Of a stretch of 64,000 bases of DNA, positions 48,180 to 56,994 are shown one piece after another. Positions within the stretch are counted from its first letter, which is position 1. Each line of letters opens with the position of its first letter. Source of the stretch: an uncultured Eubacteriales bacterium (GTDB taxonomy: Bacteria; Bacillota; Clostridia; Christensenellales; QALW01); contig URIR01000003.1 in the NCBI GenBank assembly GCA_900547955.1, forward strand, positions 11,711 to 75,710. The letters are read 5' to 3'. Position numbers and translations under genes: made by a program. Under the pieces are notes generated by a model, which was given only the letters and a program-made list of their open reading frames with translations, did not search any database and was not told the DNA's origin.

Positions 48180-48474
48180 ATTATATGATTGGCATTCCCT
48201 GCAAGCGCTGGTATGCTTTAAAAAGCGTCAATTTCGGACGGCAGCCGAGGGCGGGGCCTTGCTGGATTGCGGAAGGGACTTTAGAGCGGGCTGGCGTTGG
48301 CATATTTGCAATGGGGCGGAATATTTGTATTTGCGGACTGTATCAGCCGGTATGGCCGGATAGCCATATGGGCGGAATGAGAAGGTGCTTTTGATTGGCC
48401 GGGCTTTGAGCGGTTGAGCTTGGTTATCAAGCGGCCGTATGAGCGAAACGAGCGGGGGCAGAGACGGCAGGGCT

Positions 48475-48670
48475 GGCTGAGCGAGCTGGGATTACGAGGG
48501 AAACCAGCAGGGGCGGCTAAGCGAGCTGGGATTATGAGGGGAAACAGCAGGGCCGGCGGGGCGAGCTGGGATTATTGGGGAGAAAGGGCAAGGCCTGCAC
48601 GGCAGGTTGGGATTATAGTGAAGAAACAGCAGGACTGGCAGGGCGGGTATCGGATTAGGGGAGCAGGGGC
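48475..48670. repeat. GC-rich tandem repeat with a period of about 40 bp
   Basis: Units at 48475, 48515, 48555 and 48601, plus a decayed fifth. They share the core gctgggatta(c/t)..gg.gaaa..agcagg. Confidence 0.85.
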
Positions 48671-48789
48671 GGCGGGGCGCATAGAGGCGGAGACGGCGGG
48701 CTTAGCGCAGCGGTCGGACGGGCTGGGCGTGAAATGATTTTTTTGCGGTTAAAGCCGGGCTGGTAAAATGGCGGCGCAAAGAGAGAAAG

Positions 48790-48985
48790 TGCGGTATTTT
48801 GATGCGGCGAGGGGGACTTAAAGCACCCCTCTCTCCCCTCTCCCACCCTTTCTTTTTTTACTGCCCTTTTGCGCCCGAAAGCCCTGCGGCTGAGGCATTT
48901 TCCCCTGCAGACGCAGGAGAATCTGCAAACCAATATTTGCATATTATACCAAATAGCTTGTTCCTGTATTTTGATATCCATAGCC
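48790..48985 (-). repeat. Repeat family 3 unit (about 190 bp), inverted relative to the 51665-52035 copies
   Basis: The reverse complement aligns with 51851-52035. Both start with (g)gtatcaaaatacaggaa and end with a polypurine gggagag... block followed by gcatcaaaat(a/c)ccg. Confidence 0.7.
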
Positions 48986-49206
48986 TTTAGCATATAAGGC
49001 GCAGCGCCCTTTTTGCCGCCGAATTTGCTCTTATTGCCGTATTTCTCTTGCTGCGTTTTAGCGATAGGGCAGTTCGGGCGCTCTGCATGGGCGGAATTTA
49101 CTCTTTTGGCCTCTGAGACCTTTTTATATACTGCGGCTTTTCTTCAAAATATCCATTATTTTAACGGGCGGTGAGCAGTAATTTGTCTTTTATATACTCT
49201 CTTATC

Positions 49207-49235
49207 TTGACTTTATTACGTTATTGTGATAAAAT
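49207..49235 (+). promoter_or_regulatory. Candidate sigma-A promoter of the ABC transporter operon
   Basis: TTGACT (49207-49212), a 17-nt spacer, then TAAAAT (49230-49235). Confidence 0.55.
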
Positions 49236-49268
49236 TTCAGTCACTTAATAAGATAAAGGAGAGTTGTT

Positions 49269-50030
49269 ATGAAAAAGATTTTGACGGTATGCTTATGCGT
49301 TGTTATGCTGTGCGGCATATTTCTCTTTTCGGGCTGCGCTAAGGACGCTAATACGCTGGTGCTGGGCCTGGACGCCACCTTTGCGCCCATGGGCTTTAAA
49401 GACGACAATAACGAGATAGTGGGCTTTGATATTGACGTTGCGCGCGAGGTGTGCAAGCGCATAGGCATGACGCTTGAGTGCAAGGAGATAATTTGGGACC
49501 AGAATCTCATTGAGCTTAACAATAACAGCATAGACTGCGTATGGAACGGTATGAGCATAAATGAGGACCGGGAGAGAGATATGCTGCTCACGCCCGCCTA
49601 TATGAATAACCGTATGGTGTTCGCCGTCAAGACTGATTCGGATATTCAGACGGTTGACCAGCTTACAGGCAAGAAAATAGCTGTACAGAACGGCTCCGAG
49701 GGTGAAAAGGCTTTGGAGGCCAGCGGTATGGAATATGAAAAGGTGGGCCATGCGGATTATGCAATGGCTTACAATGAGCTGGAGCTGGGGCTTGTGGACG
49801 CCGTGCTTGTAGACGAAGTGGCCGTGCAGTATATGATTAAGAGCCAGAATAAGGATTTCCGCGTTCTGGATGAGGCGCTGGGGGACGACCTTTATGTTAT
49901 AGGCTTCCGAAAGGGTGATACAGAGCTTAAAGATAAGGTTTGGAATGCGATAAAGGAAATGAAAGAGGACGGGACCCTTAAAGAGATTTCTGAAAAGTGG
50001 TTCGGCTCGGATTTGACCGTAGTGGAATAG
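49269..50030 (+). CDS. Amino-acid ABC transporter substrate-binding lipoprotein (family 3)
   Basis: 253 aa; lipobox LFSGC; PBP type-2 pattern. Confidence 0.9.
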   Translation: MKKILTVCLCVVMLCGIFLFSGCAKDANTLVLGLDATFAPMGFKDDNNEIVGFDIDVAREVCKRIGMTLECKEIIWDQNLIELNNNSIDCVWNGMSINEDRERDMLLTPAYMNNRMVFAVKTDSDIQTVDQLTGKKIAVQNGSEGEKALEASGMEYEKVGHADYAMAYNELELGLVDAVLVDEVAVQYMIKSQNKDFRVLDEALGDDLYVIGFRKGDTELKDKVWNAIKEMKEDGTLKEISEKWFGSDLTVVE

Positions 50031-50181
50031 CCGTTAAGACGGCCTGAGAACGGGCTGGTCTTTTCTAAGCGCTTGTTTTGAATGGGATTATATTATTTCA
50101 GCGCATTTTAAGCGGCGCCGGCCGTTGGCCGGCGCCTTGTGTTTGTAAATTGCCGGGTAATGGAGGAAGGGAGATTTAGCT

Positions 50182-50829
50182 TTGTTTGCTGAACTTTTAA
50201 AATACGGCATGTTGGTGCTGGAGGGGCTGGGCAATACCCTGCTTATATTTGCCGTTACGCTTGTTACCTCAGTTCCATTGGGATTTTTGGTTGCTCTGGG
50301 CAGAATGTCCAAACACGGTTGGCTTAGAAAGCTTTTAGGCGCATATATTTCTATTATGCGGGGCACCCCTCTTATGCTCCAGCTTATAGCCGTGCTTTAT
50401 TTGCCCAGCATGATTTTTCATCTGCCAATGGACAGGTATTTGGCGGCTTTTATAGCCTTTGCGATTAATTACGCCGCATATTTTGGTGAAATTTTCCGAG
50501 GCGGCATACAATCCATAGACAGAGGGCAATACGAAGCGGCGTCTGTGCTGGGCTTTTCAAAAAAGCAGACGTTTATACATATAATTCTGCCCCAGACTGT
50601 TAAAAGAGTGCTGCCCGCTACGGCTAACGAGGTAATAACCCTGGTTAAGGATACTTCCCTTGCGCAGGTAGTGGCCGTAGTTGAAATGTTTACCATAGCC
50701 AAGCAGCATATGTCGGCTAATGGGAGCGTAATTCCTCTGCTGGCGGCGGGCATATTCTACTACATTCTGAATTTATTGGTAACGGTGAGCTTTTCCTATG
50801 CGGAAAAGAAGCTGTCCTATTACCGTTAA
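50182..50829 (+). CDS. Amino-acid ABC transporter permease (His/Glu/Gln/Arg/opine family)
   Basis: 215 aa with a TTG start after GGAGGAAGGGA. It has an EAA-loop-like segment (YEAASVLGFSKKQTFIHIILPQ). Confidence 0.9.
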   Translation: MFAELLKYGMLVLEGLGNTLLIFAVTLVTSVPLGFLVALGRMSKHGWLRKLLGAYISIMRGTPLMLQLIAVLYLPSMIFHLPMDRYLAAFIAFAINYAAYFGEIFRGGIQSIDRGQYEAASVLGFSKKQTFIHIILPQTVKRVLPATANEVITLVKDTSLAQVVAVVEMFTIAKQHMSANGSVIPLLAAGIFYYILNLLVTVSFSYAEKKLSYYR

Positions 50830-50841
50830 GGGGGACGGAGT

Positions 50842-51591
50842 ATGAACATTTTAAATGTTAGCGGGCTGCGCAAAAGCTTTGGAGGGCATGAGGTTATAAA
50901 GGGCGTTTCCTTTTCCCTGGAGCAGGGGGAGACGCTGGCTATAATAGGGCCGTCCGGCTCGGGCAAATCTACAATTCTGCGCTGTATCAGTCAGCTTGAG
51001 AGGGTAGATGCGGGCAGGATAAGCGTTTGCGGCAAGGAGATGCTTAAGGAGGACGGAACCTATGCGCCGCATGAACAGCTGGAGGAGATAAGGCGCAGCG
51101 TAGGCATGGTATTTCAAAATTTTAATCTGTTTCCACATATGAGCGTAATGCGCAATATAACCGAGGCGCCGGTGCGCGTTTTGGGGATAGATAAGGCGGA
51201 GGCAGAGAAGAAGGCCCTGGAGCTGCTGGCGCAGATGGGCCTGGAGAGCAAGGTGAAAGCGTATCCCTGCGAGCTTTCGGGCGGACAGCAGCAGAGGGTA
51301 TCCATAGCGCGGGCGCTGGCGCTTAATCCGCAGCTTATGCTATTTGACGAACCTACCAGCGCTTTGGATCCTGAGCTTACAGGGGAGATACTGGCCGTTA
51401 TACGGGATTTGGCTTTACGCAGGATGACCATGGTGGTAGTAACTCACGAGATGAGCTTTGCCAGGGATGTAGCGGATAAGATTATATTTATGGACGATGG
51501 AGTAATAGTGGAAGAAGGGCTTCCGGAAAATGTAATAGCAAATCCGCAGAGCGAGCGTACCAGGCAGTTTTTAAAGAGATATGGCGGGTAA
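50842..51591 (+). CDS. Amino-acid ABC transporter ATP-binding protein
   Basis: 249 aa; Walker [10 protein letters not shown]; signature LSGGQQQR; Walker [13 protein letters not shown]. Confidence 0.96.
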   Translation: MNILNVSGLRKSFGGHEVIKGVSFSLEQGETLAIIGPSGSGKSTILRCISQLERVDAGRISVCGKEMLKEDGTYAPHEQLEEIRRSVGMVFQNFNLFPHMSVMRNITEAPVRVLGIDKAEAEKKALELLAQMGLESKVKAYPCELSGGQQQRVSIARALALNPQLMLFDEPTSALDPELTGEILAVIRDLALRRMTMVVVTHEMSFARDVADKIIFMDDGVIVEEGLPENVIANPQSERTRQFLKRYGG

Positions 51592-51664
51592 GCCGGCTTT
51601 GCAGACGGTATATAGAGAAACGGACGGCGTCGGGCGGATATAGCTGCGGCGCTGTTTTTGCGTT

Positions 51665-52035
51665 GAGGGAGAGAGGGTGTTAAGTTAATAACCTCGCATC
51701 AAAATACAGGAAGAGGCTCTTTAGCAGAATAAGCGGCTGAGAGCTGGAACCGGCGCTGGGCAAAGCGGCCAAAGCAGCGGTGAATACGGCAAAAAACGGG
51801 CTGCATATATGTATTATGCGCTTTGAAAGGCGCATGTGGGCGTATACCCCTCAGGGTATCAAAATACAGGAATATACTTTTTGGCAAAATAGATGTTTAA
51901 TGGGTTGCGGATTTTCGGGGCTTTGGGAGAAATGCCCATGCGCTGGGGCTTGCAGCCGTCAGGCTTTGGGCGAAGAAAAGAAAAAAGGGGGCGCGAGGAG
52001 GGAGAGGAAGTCACCCTCCCTGCATCAAAATCCCG
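51665..52035 (+). repeat. Repeat family 3, two tandem units
   Basis: The boundary motif (polypurine block followed by atcaaaatacagg) recurs at about 51696, 51857 and 52020. Confidence 0.7.
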
Positions 52036-52437
52036 TAATCGTCTTTATTTTGCTCTGCTTTTTTATGCCGCTGGGGATTGCTGCATAAGCGCTTTATTGC
52101 TCTGCCTGCGCGGCAAAGCGGTCGTTTATATTTATAGCAAAATATATTATGTGCAAGCTTTATTTTAAGCGAGTTGATTAAAAAATGCAATTTGCTTTGG
52201 TTGAGGCAGCGCTTATGTATGGCTGAGCCGTGCTTTGGGTGCCGCGGTATGTTTTCGAGCGCCTGTTTTAAGGCTGGGAGCGAGGGGGAGCGAGGAACCT
52301 TTTTGTAATAAAGTTGGCTGCGGAGTATAGGCAGAATTTTCAGAACGCCGAAACGAGCCACCGCTGAAACATTGAAATAATACAGTAAAATAAACGCTTG
52401 TTCGGCTTAAGAAGCCATTATATTTAGAACGCGCGTA

Positions 52438-52713
52438 CCCTCAGTTTACAAGGAACTACACGACTTAAAACGGGACAATTTCTTCATTTTCTGCGTTATA
52501 CTCAATCAGTATACTCATAAGTAGCGATTTCTTGGTCTGCCTTGAAAATGAAGAAATCCTTTTTCTTTGAGCTCTACAGAGTCAGAAGGCATAAAATTTG
52601 CGCCAGGTAAAGCGCGCTTGAAGGAAAAATGTATCCGGGCGTACATGGAATCAAAGCAACGCAGCAGGACGCAAATTTTATGCCTTCTGACCGTCTTCCT
52701 TGTAAACTGAGGG
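52438..52713. mobile_element. Repeat family 2, full-length MITE-like element (276 bp)
   Basis: 18-bp perfect terminal inverted repeat ccctcagtttacaaggaa (52438-52455) / ttccttgtaaactgaggg (52696-52713). An internal 22-bp perfect inverted repeat is gtcagaaggcataaaatttgcg (52581-52602) / cgcaaattttatgccttctgac (52670-52691). Confidence 0.8.
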
Positions 52714-53053
52714 TGCTGAAATAGCAAAAAAATAACAGCCGAAAAAAGCTGCTTGCATAAATATACACTAAAGCTGTTTAAAAATAAATCCGAGCAGAAA
52801 GAGAGACGGCAAAATTAAGCCGCCATGCAGACAGTAATGTGAAAAAATGCTTAATCCCTTTCTCTGCGCGCTTTAAAATGAAGACCGTATGCGTCGCAGA
52901 TTGTAACGGCCAAATATGTTTATTTCTTGTCTTAATGATAACACCCCAAATATTAAAAGTCAATACCCACACGAAAAATAATTTAAATTGTTGATAACTT
53001 TTTGTGAATATTTATAAATGCGCAGCAATATATCATTTTTATTGGAGCGTATA

Positions 53054-53207
53054 GACAATGCAATCAGATTATAATGCGTCGCCGAGGGGGTGAATTGTTT
53101 GGTTTTGCTGCGTTGTCATTCTTAAAATACGCCCGGCATGTATTCAATCATACGCCGCGCAGCCATCAATGGGCATTTATGCAAAACGCATCTTTGATTG
53201 AGTTGTT
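53054..53207. mobile_element. MITE family 1, short (154 bp) rearranged copy, TA-flanked
   Basis: gacaatgcaatcag...gtgaattgtttggttttgctgcgttgtc matches the reverse complement of the right end of the full copies. The remainder matches the central part. TA lies on both sides (53052-53053 and 53208-53209). Confidence 0.7.
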
Positions 53208-53300
53208 TAATCCTGCCGTCTATTTATTTCGCCAAGCAGCATCAGGAATATTCGGAATTTAAGTATATAATGCCTGTCTCTGGATTTATGTAAAAATCAG

Positions 53301-53332
53301 TTGACAAAAGCATAAAGCGCCGTTAATATAAT
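53301..53332 (+). promoter_or_regulatory. Near-consensus sigma-A promoter upstream of the glutamate synthase cluster
   Basis: TTGACA (53301-53306), a 17-nt spacer, then TAATAT (53324-53329), which overlaps TATAAT (53327-53332). Confidence 0.55.
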
Positions 53333-53341
53333 ATTTAGAAC

Positions 53342-53394
53342 AAAGACGTTCGCAGCGGAGCTGTTTATGGCTCGGCTGGCGGACGTCTTTTTTA
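53342..53394 (+). terminator. Promoter-proximal intrinsic terminator / candidate attenuator
   Basis: Stem of about 19 bp, aaagacgttcgcagcggagc / gctcggctggcggacgtcttt, with two mismatches and one bulge, followed by T6. Confidence 0.55.
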
Positions 53395-53476
53395 TATCTA
53401 TTTTTGCTCTTAAGCTTTTTCCAGCGGCTTAACTTACGCTGGAACAGGCTCAGGGAGCTTAAAGGGGAAATGCTTT

Positions 53477-54562
53477 ATGTTAAAAGAGGGACAATTTAGA
53501 ATACCTTCAGGCTGCGCTGTTTCGGGCATGCTCTGCCGCGGTGGGCGCAGGCTGAGCGGCGAAAAGATAATTAAATCCATCGCCGTTATGCACGACCGCT
53601 CCAACGGTTTGGGCGGGGGCTTTGCCGGCTATGGCATATATCCTGAATACAAGGATTATTTTGCGCTGCATGTGTTTTACAATTCTGCGGAGGCGCGCCA
53701 GAGCTGCGAGAGCTTTTTAGACAGGCATTTTGATATTATAAACCTTTCTAAGATACCTACCCGTAAGCTGCCTGAAATTACTGACGAGCCTCTGATATGG
53801 AGGTATTTTGTCGCTCCTCTGCCTACAAAGCTGGCTGAAAGCCAGCTTGAGGAATATGAGTTTACCGCTCGCTGCGTAACCAATATAAATACCAATCTTG
53901 ACGGCGCATATGTGTTTTCAAGCGGAAAGAACATGGGGGTGTTTAAGGCAGTAGGATTTCCGGAGGATGTGGGCCGGTTTTACCGCCTGGAGGAATATTC
54001 GGGCTGGTGCTGGACTGCGCACGGGAGGTATCCGACCAACACTCCCGGCTGGTGGGGCGGGGCGCATCCGTTTGCGCTGCTGGATTATTCGGTAGTGCAT
54101 AACGGCGAAATATCCTCGTATGACGCTAACCGCCGGTATATTGAGATGTTTGGATACAAGTGCAATTTATTAACAGATACCGAGGTTATAACCTATATGA
54201 TAGATTACCTAGTACGACGTATGGGCCTGAGCCTTAAGGAACTGGCAAATGTTATTGCCGCGCCCTTTTGGAGCACGATAAACGCTTTGCCTGAGGAGGA
54301 GCGCGAGCGGCTTACATATCTGCGCAACACCTTTGGGCCTTTACTGGTAACCGGGCCATTTTCCATACTTTTAGGCTTTTCCAACGGTCTAATGGCGCTT
54401 AACGACAGGCTAAAGCTGCGGTCCATGGTGGTGGGCGAAAAGGAGGATATGGTTTATATAGCCAGCGAAGAATGCGCCATTAGAGCAGTTGCGCCCGAGC
54501 TGGACAGAATTTGGGCGCCCAGAGGAGGAGAGCCGGTTATATATACTCTGGATATGATGTGA
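53477..54562 (+). CDS. Class-II glutamine amidotransferase subunit of split glutamate synthase
   Basis: 361 aa; the N-terminal Cys nucleophile context (RIPSGCAVSGM) and GltB-N-domain-like body fit. Confidence 0.85.
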   Translation: MLKEGQFRIPSGCAVSGMLCRGGRRLSGEKIIKSIAVMHDRSNGLGGGFAGYGIYPEYKDYFALHVFYNSAEARQSCESFLDRHFDIINLSKIPTRKLPEITDEPLIWRYFVAPLPTKLAESQLEEYEFTARCVTNINTNLDGAYVFSSGKNMGVFKAVGFPEDVGRFYRLEEYSGWCWTAHGRYPTNTPGWWGGAHPFALLDYSVVHNGEISSYDANRRYIEMFGYKCNLLTDTEVITYMIDYLVRRMGLSLKELANVIAAPFWSTINALPEEERERLTYLRNTFGPLLVTGPFSILLGFSNGLMALNDRLKLRSMVVGEKEDMVYIASEECAIRAVAPELDRIWAPRGGEPVIYTLDMM

Positions 54563-54634
54563 TACGGCGTTGCCTTAAATGAGCAAGACGCAGCAATTAA
54601 TGTTTTAAGTCAGTTAGGAAATGGGGTTTTAATT

Positions 54635-56140
54635 ATGGCGGTAAATTATATACATCCAGAATATGAAGTGGTTAGGGATTTTACGAGGTGCATAGCCTGC
54701 CGGGTATGCCAGAGGCAGTGCGCCAACTGCGTGCATTATTATGATGAGGAAAGCGGTCTTATGCGTGCGGACGAATCAAAATGCGTGTGCTGTCAGCGCT
54801 GCGTGGCATTATGCCCTACCCGCGCGCTGAAGATAGTTAAGAGCGATAATACCTTTAGGGCGAATTATAATTGGAGTGGGGAGACTATTCAGGAAATATA
54901 CCGCCAGGCTGAGAGCGGAGGAGTGCTGCTTTCTTCTATGGGCAATCCGCGTCCGCTGCCCGTATACTGGGACCGGCTGCTTCTAAACGCCTCCCAGGTG
55001 ACTAATCCGAGCATAGACCCTCTGCGCGAGCCTATGGAGACAGTAACTTTCTTAGGAGCCAAGCCGGAGCGGCTGGAGCGGAGCAGGGAGGGCGGCCTTA
55101 TTCCCAATTTAAGTCCGCAGCTTAAGCTGACGGCGCCCATAATGTTTTCGGCAATGAGCTACGGCTCTATAAGCTATAATGCGCACGAGGCCTTAGCCGG
55201 GGCGGCTTCAGAATTGGGGATATATTATAATACGGGCGAGGGCGGCCTGCATGAGGATTTTTATAAATACGGAGCCAACACCATAGTGCAGGTGGCTTCA
55301 GGACGCTTTGGGGTACATAAAAAATATCTGGAGGCGGCTGCGGCTGTGGAGATTAAAATGGGGCAGGGCGCCAAGCCGGGTATAGGCGGGCATCTGCCTG
55401 GAGAAAAAATAGTGGGTGAGATTTCGCGCACCCGCATGGTGCCCGAGGGGTCGGACGCCATTTCTCCTGCTCCTCACCACGACATATATTCAATAGAGGA
55501 TTTGCGGCAGCTTGTTTTTTCCATAAAGGAGGCCACAGAGTACAAAAAGCCGGTAATAGTTAAGGTCGCGGCGGTGCATAACGTTGCGGCCATAGCCAGC
55601 GGCATAGCCCGCTCGGGCGCCGATATTATAGCTATAGACGGTTTCAGGGGAGGCACGGGCGCGGCGCCAACGCGCATAAGGGATAACGTAGGCATTCCGA
55701 TAGAGCTGGCTTTGGCCAGCGTGGACGAGCGGCTCAGGCAGGAGGGAATAAGGGGCAGGGTTTCAATAGTTGTGGCTGGAAGCATACGTTCAAGCGCGGA
55801 TATGGTTAAGGCCTTAGCGCTGGGAGCGGACGCAGTTTATATAGGTACGGCTGCGCTTCTGGCCTTAGGCTGCCATCTTTGCCGGAATTGTCACAGCGGC
55901 AAATGCAACTGGGGAATAGCTACTCAGCGGCCTGAGCTGGTTAAACGGCTCAATCCGGAAATAGGGCGCAGGCGTTTAGTGAATTTAGTCAATGCCTGGA
56001 CGCATGAGCTTAAGGAGATTATGGGGGGCATGGGCATAAATTCAGTCGAGGCCCTGCGCGGCAACAGGCTGATGCTTAGGGGTATAGGAATGACTCAGAA
56101 GGAACTGGATATTTTAGGCGTGAAACATGCAGGTGAATAG
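54635..56140 (+). CDS. Glutamate synthase FMN/Fe-S domain subunit with N-terminal 2x[4Fe-4S] ferredoxin
   Basis: 501 aa; CxxCxxCxxxC clusters followed by a GltB central-domain pattern (GEGG, KMGQGAKPGIGGHLPG, IDGFRGGTGAAP). Confidence 0.9.
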   Translation: MAVNYIHPEYEVVRDFTRCIACRVCQRQCANCVHYYDEESGLMRADESKCVCCQRCVALCPTRALKIVKSDNTFRANYNWSGETIQEIYRQAESGGVLLSSMGNPRPLPVYWDRLLLNASQVTNPSIDPLREPMETVTFLGAKPERLERSREGGLIPNLSPQLKLTAPIMFSAMSYGSISYNAHEALAGAASELGIYYNTGEGGLHEDFYKYGANTIVQVASGRFGVHKKYLEAAAAVEIKMGQGAKPGIGGHLPGEKIVGEISRTRMVPEGSDAISPAPHHDIYSIEDLRQLVFSIKEATEYKKPVIVKVAAVHNVAAIASGIARSGADIIAIDGFRGGTGAAPTRIRDNVGIPIELALASVDERLRQEGIRGRVSIVVAGSIRSSADMVKALALGADAVYIGTAALLALGCHLCRNCHSGKCNWGIATQRPELVKRLNPEIGRRRLVNLVNAWTHELKEIMGGMGINSVEALRGNRLMLRGIGMTQKELDILGVKHAGE

Positions 56141-56157
56141 ATAGGAGAGACGCAATC

Positions 56158-56586
56158 GTGAAAAGAGTTTATGTTGATGAAAAATGGTGTTTGGGCTGCC
56201 ATTTATGTGAGTATAACTGCGCTTTTGCCAATTCGGGGAAAAAAGATATGGCTGATGCGCTGAAAAATGTTAAAATCAATCCTCGCATAAGAGTAGAGGA
56301 GAAGGACGGCGTTTGTTTTGCAGTTTCCTGCAGACATTGTGTTGAGCCATTGTGCGCCAAGGCGTGCATAAGCGGAGCAATGAGAGCTAAAGCCGGAGTT
56401 ATATCGGTTGACAGGGAAAAATGCGTGGGATGCCTAAGCTGTGTTATGGCGTGTCCTTATGGAGCAGTATTTCCCGGAGAGGATGGGCCGGTGCAAAAGT
56501 GCGAATTGTGTTTAAACAATAGCTGCGGACAGCCGGCATGTGTTGCAGGTTGCCCTAATCGCGCAATCATATATGAGGAAAGATAA
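56158..56586 (+). CDS. 4Fe-4S dicluster protein
   Basis: 142 aa with a GTG start and several CxxCxxCxxxCP motifs. Confidence 0.88.
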   Translation: MKRVYVDEKWCLGCHLCEYNCAFANSGKKDMADALKNVKINPRIRVEEKDGVCFAVSCRHCVEPLCAKACISGAMRAKAGVISVDREKCVGCLSCVMACPYGAVFPGEDGPVQKCELCLNNSCGQPACVAGCPNRAIIYEER

Positions 56587-56994
56587 AGGGAGCTAAGCCG
56601 GCATTGAATAAGAAATGATTTTCTTGATGCAGAATTAAGATAGTATGAATATAAATTAAATTCTTAGTCCTGTGCGGACATATTTATTGATCTTTAAATT
56701 GCCTATTAGCCGCATGCTAGAAAGAAATCTGGTATTGCCGCGGCAGTTTGCTGCGCGCGGGTGGGTCGATATATATGGGCGCTAAGCTTATTGCAATGAT
56801 AAAAAACAGAAGCCGGAATGAAAAATAAACATCCGTGATGATGCGAAAGACGGCTGCGCCCGTTTTGGCGAGCGTTTAGCGAACCAAAACTCTTTAAAGG
56901 GCGGGAGCGCGCTCTGCATGAATAAGGAGATACAAGCATTTAATAGTCGAAAGACTTATTATTCAAGGCCTATGGGTCTGTTGGAGGTAAGGAT

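Noticed and set aside
48433-48460. gccgtatgagcgaaacgagcgg resembles the start of a group II intron domain V.
   Set aside because: The complementary 3' half (…cgtacggttc) is absent. No intron-encoded reverse transcriptase or other intron domains are nearby.
48414-48993. ORFs 48414-48737 (+), 48655-48993 (-) and 48799-48990 (+).
   Set aside because: They translate the 40-bp minisatellite and the family 3 repeat, giving periodic, low-complexity peptides.
51699-53262. Small ORFs between the ABC operon and the glutamate synthase cluster (51699-51887, 51780-52088, 52011-52361, 52515-52972 and 53074-53262).
   Set aside because: They overlap interspersed repeat copies of families 1-3, lack an RBS and show no motifs. 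Several are mirrored by ORFs over the other copies of the same repeats.
53394-53476. Search for the two-hairpin hexaloop ANTAR target in the glutamate synthase leader (and upstream of glnA, 43040-43100).
   Set aside because: I could not find paired short stems with AxxGxx hexaloops. The ANTAR link therefore remains a hypothesis only.
56706-56939. 77-aa minus-strand ORF inside the glutamate synthase cluster gap.
   Set aside because: It is on the opposite strand to the operon, has no RBS, and its composition is arginine-rich and hydrophobic with no motif.
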